Source: Candidatus Aenigmatarchaeota archaeon (GTDB taxonomy: Archaea > Aenigmatarchaeota > Aenigmatarchaeia > GW2011-AR5). From it: DNA of 24,000 nucleotides. The notes under the pieces were generated by a model, which searched no databases, was not told the origin of the DNA, and saw only the letters and a program-made list of their open reading frames with translations. The stretch spans positions 1 to 24,000 of the forward strand of contig JAGVVY010000020.1 in the NCBI GenBank assembly GCA_018304585.1. The letters run 5' to 3'. This document shows positions 16,839 through 24,000 of this stretch, piece after piece (positions within the stretch are counted from its first letter, which is position 1; the number at the start of each line of letters is the position of its first letter). Both the position numbers and the translations under genes were made by a program.

Positions 16839-17957
16839 TCAGAATCCCTGCTCCTCAACGAACCTTTGCACCGGAACTCTGGATTTTTCCATCTTCTGCC
16901 GGTGTTCCTTAAGGAAAGCCGCTATTTTTTCTGTTGCAATCTGCTTCAGCTCTCCTGACAGGAGCTTTCCGTCTTTGTAGTTGTTGTAAATGGCGCTTAG
17001 CTTGTCGTCATCCGGCTCAAGAGCGAACTTCAGCATCTGGAAAGACACGTCCACATCCGGATTTCCGCCTTTCTTCCTGTGCTCTTCCAACGAATCCCTT
17101 CCGCCTGAGAAGGCGTATTTCATTATCTTTTTCGACGCTTCTTCCGGGCTGTCTGTCAGCGCTATATACGAAGTAGGATCAGACGAAGACATCTTCCCGC
17201 CCTTCAGCCCCGGCATGAATTTATGGTATGTTGAACTGAGCTGGATGAAATTGAACCCCTTGATCCTCTGCGACATATCGCGCGCAAGGCGCAGGTGCGG
17301 ATCCTGGTCGCATCCGACCGGGACGACCACCGGCATGGGCCCTTCAAACTGCGGCAGCTGCGCATGCAGCATATCCGAGGCTTGCAGAAGCGACGATGCC
17401 ATTTTTCCCGGGCTTATGTCGCCGTATATAGCCTTGAACTCGTTGAAGGTCACGTGCCTTGCAAGCATGTTCGCCAGCGAATAGTAAGCCGAAGCCTTCT
17501 TCCCGTCTTTCGAGCGCATGGACTGAAAATAAAAATCGCATTTCCTGAGGTCAAGCCCAAGAGCAGCATAATTCATGAGATATTCCTCGATGGCCGTAGT
17601 TCTCAATTGCCCCATGTCGGGAATCCTCGAATTATACGCCTCCACGTCAGCGACTGTAATGTAGACTTTTGCCCCGAGCTTCTGGTAGAATATCATCTGC
17701 TCGGCCACCATCTTGTGACCGAAATGGAATTTGCCAGATGGCATGAGCCCCGTCATCATGACGAACGGCTGCTTGTTTTCGACTGCAGTTGCAATTCTTG
17801 AAAAATCCCTGTGACCGAATATTATCTTCCTGCGGAAGAGCATATTCTTGTTGAATTGCTCGGGAAGCTTGCCGAACGATTCGAGGCCGAATTCCTTCAT
17901 GAGCTTGCCGTAATCTATCTTGCTCGGGACTTCCCATGGCGTTATTTTTGAAATCAT
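16839..17957 (-). CDS. trpS: Tryptophanyl-tRNA synthetase (archaeal/eukaryal type)
   Basis: MTGLMPSGKFHFGHKMVAEQMIFYQ, VPVGCDQDPHLRLARDMSQRI, GLKGGKMSSSDPTSYIALTD. Confidence 0.95.
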   Translation of the reverse strand: MISKITPWEVPSKIDYGKLMKEFGLESFGKLPEQFNKNMLFRRKIIFGHRDFSRIATAVENKQPFVMMTGLMPSGKFHFGHKMVAEQMIFYQKLGAKVYITVADVEAYNSRIPDMGQLRTTAIEEYLMNYAALGLDLRKCDFYFQSMRSKDGKKASAYYSLANMLARHVTFNEFKAIYGDISPGKMASSLLQASDMLHAQLPQFEGPMPVVVPVGCDQDPHLRLARDMSQRIKGFNFIQLSSTYHKFMPGLKGGKMSSSDPTSYIALTDSPEEASKKIMKYAFSGGRDSLEEHRKKGGNPDVDVSFQMLKFALEPDDDKLSAIYNNYKDGKLLSGELKQIATEKIAAFLKEHRQKMEKSRVPVQRFVEEQGF

Positions 17958-17981
17958 GTTATCACAAACAGTATCTTTTCG

Positions 17982-18230
17982 TTAGTTTTTATATCTTCCT
18001 TTAAGCGCGTTGTAAAAACAGTCTCTATCGTGGCCTAAAAGATGGGAAGCGCCGGATCTAGTCACATTTCCTGCCTTCAATGCACCAAGTACGGCAATAA
18101 TATATTTATCGATATATCCAATAGTTATCTCGAAATCTCCGCTGGCGTATAATTTGCATTTGCCACAAATCTGCATCAGCGCTCCTCGCAGTTCGTTATT
18201 GATATTCTGGCCTGCCACAAATTGTTTCAT
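17982..18230 (-). CDS. Hypothetical protein, 82 aa
   Basis: Intact minus ORF following two other small co-directional ORFs. Confidence 0.4.
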   Translation of the reverse strand: MKQFVAGQNINNELRGALMQICGKCKLYASGDFEITIGYIDKYIIAVLGALKAGNVTRSGASHLLGHDRDCFYNALKGRYKN

Positions 18231-18257
18231 GATGATTACCGCTGCAATGAAAATGGT

Positions 18258-18683
18258 CTACCATCCACCTACCCGACCAGGCCTATCTTCCACGGCATCC
18301 CTTTTGTTCATGACATTTCTTGATTCTAGTACATCCAATTGCCTTTCGGTAAAAATTTCAAACTGCCGCTCGCCGAAGCTTGAACTTCTCAAAACACCTA
18401 CGTAAGGTTCTCCTGTCTCTTTGTCCGGAATAGGCAGGTAATTTTCCATTATGTCAAGACCTCCGTCCATGTAGTGCATTCCGGGAATGTCGCATTTGCG
18501 GCCTTGCATCTTTCTGATGCGATCGTCAACAGGTGGCTTTCCTGTTTCCATTATGTATTCAATAGCCTTGGCCCTGATGAGAGGAGACATATAGGTACTA
18601 TCGTCAAAAACGTCCACGATGACACCCAGAAATGCCATAGCTCGATCGATGCCGGCAGAATCCGGGTCGTAGTTTCCATTCAT
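18258..18683 (-). CDS. Hypothetical protein, 141 aa
   Basis: Intact ORF; start overlaps the stop of the upstream ORF (ATGA-type overlap). Confidence 0.55.
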   Translation of the reverse strand: MNGNYDPDSAGIDRAMAFLGVIVDVFDDSTYMSPLIRAKAIEYIMETGKPPVDDRIRKMQGRKCDIPGMHYMDGGLDIMENYLPIPDKETGEPYVGVLRSSSFGERQFEIFTERQLDVLESRNVMNKRDAVEDRPGRVGGW

Positions 18684-18946
18684 TCTTCCATCCCCCTTGT
18701 TTTTTCCCGACCAATATACTTCATTTCCGGTTTTTCATTGTCCGTTGGCGGACTGTAAAAAAGTCCTATATAGACCTCACTAATAATCTTGCCATAGTCT
18801 TCCAGCGATAAAAATACTGGAGAAGATACTCCTGCTATGAACCTTCCGCTCTCTCTAATTTCATATACATACATTTCTATCAACCTCCGTTTCAGCAAAA
18901 TAAACCTTTCTTCTCCGATCGGAGAAGAAAATGCGGGAAGAAACAT
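18680..18946 (-). CDS. Hypothetical protein, up to 88 aa (more probable start at MYVYEIRESGRF)
   Basis: ORF with 4-nt overlap to the following ORF; no family recognised. Confidence 0.5.
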   Translation of the reverse strand: MFLPAFSSPIGEERFILLKRRLIEMYVYEIRESGRFIAGVSSPVFLSLEDYGKIISEVYIGLFYSPPTDNEKPEMKYIGREKTRGMEE

Positions 18947-19199
18947 AGCCGCGGCTAATGAGGAATTTTACAGCATACTTCACGGCTCTTGCCGAAAGCC
19001 GCGTATCAGAAATTATCTTGCTTTGGCATGTCCCAAAGGCAATTGTTGCCGGATATTGATAGAAGTACCTTGTTCTCCGAATCCGTCAATCCAAAGGCGT
19101 CCACCCATCTTAATCACTTCTTTACAATGCATGGCAGAACTTAAATACCGGACGATAGGTGCAAAACCGATATTTAAGCATTGGACATGATCGTTTATT

Positions 19200-19388
19200 A
19201 TGAAAGTAAAATTTGCTGGCATTGGATTGGAGAAAAAAATTCAGCAGGTATATTGCATGAAGGCCCCAAAAATCGACATAGAAGAAATGAAAAAATGGAA
19301 ACAGCGCAATTTTGAGGAGCGGATGAAGTTCATAGACGAGTACGTGGAATGGCTCAGAAAGAACAAGATAAGGGAAATAAAGAAGTGA
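19200..19388 (+). CDS. Small charged hypothetical protein, 62 aa
   Basis: ATG 19200 preceded by GATATTTAAGC TATA-like box at about -27; just upstream of the P-loop kinase. Confidence 0.5.
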   Translation: MKVKFAGIGLEKKIQQVYCMKAPKIDIEEMKKWKQRNFEERMKFIDEYVEWLRKNKIREIKK

Positions 19389-19413
19389 TGCCTTTGTTTT
19401 GGTCATGTTTATG

Positions 19414-19881
19414 TTAGTCATCATCTGCGGCCTGCCGGGCACCGGCAAGAGCTTTGTCGCCGAAATCGCAGCTAAGAAGCTCGACGCAGCGCTGCTGAGA
19501 ACCGATGCGATAAGAAAAACGCTTTTTCCTCGCCCTGCATATACCGAAGAAGAGAAAATGAAAGTATACCAAGAGATGTTTCGCATGGCAACGGAAAAGC
19601 TCGCCGAAGGAAACGTGGTGCTTGACGCGGTCTTTCCGCGCGAAAGCCTGCGCAAGCGGGCGCTTTCTTTGACAAAAGACTCTATTATCATACAAACTGT
19701 CTGCAGCGAAGATATTGCAAAAAAAAGGCTATCAGAAAAACGGCTGCTGAGTGACGCGGATTATGATGTTTATCTGAAAATAAAGAATGAGTTTGAACCC
19801 CTGCAAGAAAAACATTGTGTTATCAATACAGAGGCCGGCAAAGATAAAATAGAGAAGGAAATTCAGAGGCTTCTCGCGTAA
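19414..19881 (+). CDS. P-loop kinase (COG0645-like AAA_33/zeta-type fold)
   Basis: MLVIICGLPGTGKSFVAEIAAKKLDAALLRTDAIRKTLF Walker A and LRTD motif; ORF-track start is 19399, ATG 19414 (MLVIICG) preferred. Confidence 0.85.
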   Translation, partial: LVIICGLPGTGKSFVAEIAAKKLDAALLRTDAIRKTLFPRPAYTEEEKMKVYQEMFRMATEKLAEGNVVLDAVFPRESLRKRALSLTKDSIIIQTVCSEDIAKKRLSEKRLLSDADYDVYLKIKNEFEPLQEKHCVINTEAGKDKIEKEIQRLLA

Positions 19882-20765
19882 TTCTCTGCCAATAAGAAGT
19901 ATTCGGCCGCTTCTTCCGGCTTCTTAGAAAACGCCGCTATCTTTCCTCTTACATATGCCCGGTAACATTTGTAAAAAGTGAGTAATGCTGCAGGAATTTC
20001 TTCCTTGCACGAAGAAATGAATATGTCCGCAAGATCCTTTCTCCCATGAAACTCAAGATCCATGGCCATGAAAGCTATATCGGAAACAGGATCGCAGAAA
20101 GCTATCCTATCGTTGAATTCTATGGCATCAAATATGTAGGGCGTTCCTTCAACTATGAAGATATTGCCGGAATGCAGGTCGCCATGGCACCGTATGGCTC
20201 CTCTTGACTTCAGAAGAATTTCATTGCCATGGATGAATCGCTCGATGCAACTTTTAATATAGCCAAGGCTTTCGGCATTTAATGCATCTTTTGTCTGGAG
20301 AAAATTCTCTTCCCAATTGAGCTTTATGTCATTTAAAGAATCTCTCCTATCGCCAATATTTTGCTTATGGAAAGCTGTTATGATGTCTGCTATTTTTTCC
20401 ATCACTGCCCGGGTTATTTTTCCATCGGCCAGCATGCCTGTCATTATGCAGTTTTCAGGCATCTGCAACATTTTCACAGCATAATCAACGGCGTCGCCTT
20501 TTCCTATGCCTTTGCTGCCCACGGGCACGACGTCAAGATATATATCCGAAAACTTCGAGTTGATTTTAAGCTCTTCCTCGCAAAACCGCTTTCTTCTTTC
20601 AAGAGTCGAATAATCGAGGAACCCGAAGTTCACGGGCTTCTTCACCTTGTAGGCGTATTTCCCTGTCAGGAAAACCCAGGAAACGTGCGTTTCTACAACC
20701 CTGATTTTGGAGACCGGATGAGGATACGCCGTTTCCTTTGAAAGTATAGAAACGATATCGGCCAT
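19863..20765 (-). CDS. Aminoglycoside-phosphotransferase-like kinase (COG2187-like)
   Basis: VVETHVSWVFLTGKYAYKVKKPVNFGFLDYSTLERRKRFCEEE, AIRCHGDLHSGNIFI, YIFDAIEFNDRIAFCDPVSDIAFMAMDLE. Start trimmed from 20933 to ATG 20765. Confidence 0.88.
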   Translation of the reverse strand: MADIVSILSKETAYPHPVSKIRVVETHVSWVFLTGKYAYKVKKPVNFGFLDYSTLERRKRFCEEELKINSKFSDIYLDVVPVGSKGIGKGDAVDYAVKMLQMPENCIMTGMLADGKITRAVMEKIADIITAFHKQNIGDRRDSLNDIKLNWEENFLQTKDALNAESLGYIKSCIERFIHGNEILLKSRGAIRCHGDLHSGNIFIVEGTPYIFDAIEFNDRIAFCDPVSDIAFMAMDLEFHGRKDLADIFISSCKEEIPAALLTFYKCYRAYVRGKIAAFSKKPEEAAEYFLLAENYARSL

Positions 20766-20815
20766 GCAAAAATACGGCGAAAAAGAAATTAATACATATA
20801 CAGGATAGTAGTAGG

Positions 20816-22054
20816 ATGAGTTCGATAAAAAACATGTCGCTTGCAGAAGAAGGCAAAAAGAAAATAGCATGGGCAGAATCCAGAATGCCCGTTTTGATGA
20901 AAATACAGGCGGATTTTCAGAAAACGCTACCATTCAAGGGCATTAGAATAGGGGCATGCCTTCACGTGACCAAGGAGACGGCCGTGCTGATGAAAACCCT
21001 GAAAACAGGAGGTGCAGCCGTGGCTCTGTGCGGTTCAAACCCGCTGTCAACGCAGGACGACGTGGCGGCAGCCCTTGCCGCACAAGGCATAGAAGTCTTC
21101 GCCTCGCACGGCATCGATAACGAAGGGTATTATAGGAATCTCAATGCCGTACTGGACACAAAACCGGGCATCACCATGGACGACGGCGCTGATTTGATAA
21201 CCGAAATACACTCAAAAAGAAAGGAGCTTCTTGGCGTTGTAAAAGGCGGAACGGAGGAGACGACGACGGGCGTGATACGCTTCAGGGCCATGCAAAAGGA
21301 AGGCAAGCTCAAATTCCCCGTGATAGCGGTCAATGACGCCCGCTGCAAGAACATGTTTGACAACTATTACGGCACCGGGCAAAGCGCTCTGGACGGCATA
21401 ATCCGCTCAACCAACATACTTCTCGCCGGCAAGACGCTGGTCGTGGCTGGTTACGGCCACTGCGGAAGCGGTGTCGCTGCAATGGCAAAGGGCATGGGCG
21501 CCCACGTCATTGTCACCGAAGTCGATCCTGTCAAGGCACTTGCCGCTTATTACGACGGTCATGGCGTCATGTCCATGGACGACGCCTCGGCGCTTGGCGA
21601 CGTATTTGTAACGGTCACGGGCTGCAAGGCCGTGATAGTTGAGCGCCATCTGCGTGCCATGAGAGACGGCGCTATAATATCCAATGCCGGCCATTTTGAC
21701 GTGGAAATAGACGTGAAAAGGCTGAAGGAAATTGCATCTGCCAGAACCCTGAAAGCCGGGCTTGACGAGTTTGTCATTGACGGAAAAAGAATTTACCTGC
21801 TCGGCGAGGGCAGGCTTGTGAATCTTGCCTGCGCAGAAGGCCATCCATCTGAAGTAATGGACCAGTCATTCTCATTGCAGGCATTAGCTGCAAAATACAT
21901 AAATGAAAATAAGCTCGAGGCCGGCGTTCACCGAATACCCAAAGACGTGGACGACATGGTAGCCGCGATGAAGCTTGAGGCGCTTCGCGTAAAGATAGAT
22001 GCGCTGACGCCCGAGCAGGAAAGATACCTTTCTTCATGGAACGAAGGGACCTGA
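20816..22054 (+). CDS. ahcY: Adenosylhomocysteinase (S-adenosyl-L-homocysteine hydrolase)
   Basis: RIGACLHVTKETAVLMKTLKTGGAAVALCGSNPLSTQDDVAAAL, GTEETTTGVIR, VVAGYGHCGSGVAAMAKGMGAHVIVTEVDP, AEGHPSEVMDQSF. Confidence 0.96.
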   Translation: MSSIKNMSLAEEGKKKIAWAESRMPVLMKIQADFQKTLPFKGIRIGACLHVTKETAVLMKTLKTGGAAVALCGSNPLSTQDDVAAALAAQGIEVFASHGIDNEGYYRNLNAVLDTKPGITMDDGADLITEIHSKRKELLGVVKGGTEETTTGVIRFRAMQKEGKLKFPVIAVNDARCKNMFDNYYGTGQSALDGIIRSTNILLAGKTLVVAGYGHCGSGVAAMAKGMGAHVIVTEVDPVKALAAYYDGHGVMSMDDASALGDVFVTVTGCKAVIVERHLRAMRDGAIISNAGHFDVEIDVKRLKEIASARTLKAGLDEFVIDGKRIYLLGEGRLVNLACAEGHPSEVMDQSFSLQALAAKYINENKLEAGVHRIPKDVDDMVAAMKLEALRVKIDALTPEQERYLSSWNEGT

Positions 22055-22055
22055 C

Positions 22056-22688
22056 GTGGACGAAAAAGCGCTTCTTTCCGAAGCGAAGGCTTTCATGGAG
22101 GGCGCCGATCCTGCCCATGATTTCTCCCATGTTCTTCGCGTTCTTGCGCTTGCAAAAGCAATATGCAAAAAAGAAAACGCGGATATGGAAATTCTTATTC
22201 CGGCAGCAATACTACATGACATAGGCAGGCAGGACAAATCCAGCCTGGAGAAGCGGCGCCTGTCGGCGGATGAAAGCGCTTTGATGGCATCGGAAATACT
22301 GAAAAAGCACGGCTTCCCTGAACGTAAAATAGGGAAAATACTTTACAGCATAACGGTTCATGGCTTTTCCAAAGGCGTAACCCCTGAAACGCTTGAAGCC
22401 AAAATATTGCAGGATGCCGACAGGCTTGATGCCATCGGCGCGATAGGAATGGCACGATGCTTCGCCGTTGGTGGGCAGTTGAAGAGACAACTCCACCACG
22501 CAGAAGACCCGCTTGCAAAAAACAGGGAGCCCGACGACGGCTTGTACTCGGTTGACCACTTTTACAGGAAACTCATGCTCCTAAAGAGCGGGATGCACAC
22601 CGGCACCGGCAGGCGCCTTGCCGAAAGGCGCCACAAGTTCCTTGAAACTTTTCTGGAACAGCTGGAAACGGACATAAAAGGCCGTTAA
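22056..22688 (+). CDS. HD-domain phosphohydrolase
   Basis: DFSHVLRVLALAKAI, AAILHDIGRQD, LQDADRLDAIGAIGMAR; GTG start 2 nt after the ahcY stop. Confidence 0.9.
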   Translation: MDEKALLSEAKAFMEGADPAHDFSHVLRVLALAKAICKKENADMEILIPAAILHDIGRQDKSSLEKRRLSADESALMASEILKKHGFPERKIGKILYSITVHGFSKGVTPETLEAKILQDADRLDAIGAIGMARCFAVGGQLKRQLHHAEDPLAKNREPDDGLYSVDHFYRKLMLLKSGMHTGTGRRLAERRHKFLETFLEQLETDIKGR

Positions 22689-22714
22689 CGTTTTCTTGCG
22701 ATAATTTTATAGTT

Positions 22715-22750
22715 AACCCAGTAAAGATTCCAGATATGATTTACCGGGTT
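22715..22750. repeat. Imperfect inverted repeat (11-nt arms, 10/11 paired)
   Basis: AACCCAGTAAA - 14 nt - TTTACCGGGTT just after the HD gene. Confidence 0.6.
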
Positions 22751-22836
22751 CACATATATAGCAAATGACAGAAGTATCCGGGCAAAATTCTGTCTTTGCT
22801 GTACGTAGAGAATGCCTGAAAACTAATGCCATCTAC

Positions 22837-22878
22837 TATAGTTCTCCAAGTACTTGCTTGTTTTCTTGGAGAACTATA
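22837..22878. repeat. Perfect 14-bp inverted repeat with 14-nt spacer, between convergent genes
   Basis: TATAGTTCTCCAAG - TACTTGCTTGTTTT - CTTGGAGAACTATA. Confidence 0.85.
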
Positions 22879-22899
22879 ACTTCCATTTTTCGCGGATTG

Positions 22900-23814
22900 T
22901 CAAATCATCGCCATTGCGAAAAGGAACACGCCGTAGCACAGAAACAATACCATCCCCTCCCTCATCCTGAAGTGTATGAAATGCGTCATGAAAAGGAACA
23001 GCGCGTTGAACCCTATCAGCATGGCGGCTATGGCGGTTTCAGTGCCGGTCAGCGTGACGTGGCCCATGACCGCCACAACCCCCACTATGAAAGTTAGGTT
23101 CGTCACAACCGACCCAACCACGTTGCCCATGGCCAGCGCCATGTTGCCTTTTCTCATGGCGCTCACGCTTATGCTGAGCTCGGGCAGCGTCGTTCCCATT
23201 GACAGTATCGTCGCGCCAAGCAGGCTTTCCGGCACGCTGAGGCTGCCTGCAAGCGATATTATCGAGTTCGTGACAAAATGTGCGCTTATGACAACGACGA
23301 ATATTGACGATACCAGATAGGCGGCCGATTTTAAAGCCTGGGCCGAGCGGTAGCCGCCGCTTTTTGCGATGCGAATGCCCTGCCTCATGAAGCCCTCGGA
23401 AAATATATAGAAAAGCGACAGGCAAAAAAGCCCGAACATCATGCTTATGCTGCCGGCCATGATCATTATGAGCGCCACGAAAGACGTGGAAAGCACTGCA
23501 TAGTTTATCTGCCTGCTGTCCGTCTTCCCAAGCTTGAACCCGAAAAGCGCCATGGCGCCAAAAACCAGCGTGAGGTTTGCTATGTTGGCGCCCATAACGT
23601 TCCCGACGCTCAGTATGCCCTCCCCTTTTAGCGAGGATATCGCCCCTATCGTCAACTCGGGCAATGAAGTGGAGACGGCGATGAATATAAACCCTATCGC
23701 CGCCTGGTCAATGCCGGAAATCTTTGCCAGCTTCTCGGCGTTGATTATCACGGTGTCGCTGAATTTCACCAGAAACGCTATGGACACCGCCAGAATTGCA
23801 AGATCTACAAGCAT
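22900..23814 (-). CDS. Calcium/sodium antiporter-like membrane protein (CaCA family, YrbG-type)
   Basis: Two alpha-repeat motifs AIGFIFIAVSTSLPELTIGAISSLKG...GNVMGANIANL and LLGATILSMGTTLPELSISVSAMRKG...GNVVGSVVTNL, multiple TM helices. Confidence 0.92.
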   Translation of the reverse strand: MLVDLAILAVSIAFLVKFSDTVIINAEKLAKISGIDQAAIGFIFIAVSTSLPELTIGAISSLKGEGILSVGNVMGANIANLTLVFGAMALFGFKLGKTDSRQINYAVLSTSFVALIMIMAGSISMMFGLFCLSLFYIFSEGFMRQGIRIAKSGGYRSAQALKSAAYLVSSIFVVVISAHFVTNSIISLAGSLSVPESLLGATILSMGTTLPELSISVSAMRKGNMALAMGNVVGSVVTNLTFIVGVVAVMGHVTLTGTETAIAAMLIGFNALFLFMTHFIHFRMREGMVLFLCYGVFLFAMAMI

Positions 23815-23886
23815 TCGGATAATTGGAGGCGCCGATATATAAAAATAAAATCCTGCATAAAAGACAAGAAAAAGCCGTTGAAAGAA

Positions 23887-24000
23887 CTATTTGAGCACAA
23901 CTTTCATGAAGTCATGCGCGACTTCCATTCCGTATTTCTTTGCGGCCGCTTCAAGCTCTTTCGGGCTCTGGTACCGTCTGCTTATATGAGTCAGTATCGT
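23887..24000 (-). CDS. Ribonuclease Z C-terminal fragment (start beyond window)
   Basis: Minus translation TILTHISRRYQSPKELEAAAKKYGMEVAHDFMKVVLK*, with the LTH(I/F)SxRY motif and HDFMxV end of RNase Z. Confidence 0.75.
   Translation of the reverse strand, partial: TILTHISRRYQSPKELEAAAKKYGMEVAHDFMKVVLK

Noticed and set aside
22765-23097. 110-aa plus ORF over the hairpin and antiporter 3' end
   Set aside because: Its distal half is antisense to the antiporter and it runs through the hairpin; composition not protein-like.
1-24000. CRISPR array or phage/prophage module
   Set aside because: No regularly spaced repeats and no integrase, capsid, terminase or Cas-like ORFs seen.

Overview
Archaeal chromosomal window (aRF1 with NIKS/GGQ, S8e, L37e, Lsm, intron-containing tRNAs, AT-rich TATA boxes about 27 nt upstream of starts). 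Lineage is not resolved; a small-genome or DPANN-type archaeon is only a guess. Recognisable content: a Cu+ P-type ATPase operon divergent from a PadR-type regulator with a C-terminal TRASH-like metal site; HIT hydrolase; GARS-like ATP-grasp protein; cytidylate kinase; ValRS; aRF1; a RelE-like toxin convergent with an antitoxin-like ORF; TatD; S8e; Lsm; L37e; bacterial-type MetRS; TrpRS; P-loop kinase and APH-like kinase (convergent); AdoHcy hydrolase; HD hydrolase; Ca2+/Na+ antiporter-like protein; RNase Z C-terminus. Two tRNA genes carry introns: Ala(CGC) with one and Lys(CUU) apparently with two. Best non-coding find: a 98-bp MITE-like element (4008-4105) with ~17-bp terminal inverted repeats and a perfect 9-bp target duplication. 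Other notable signals: a decayed aspartate aminotransferase gene, a junction between a LamG gene tail and a YdeI/OmdA-like ORF, and convergent gene pairs with overlapping ends. I see no CRISPR array, no rRNA and no clear complete novel defence system.
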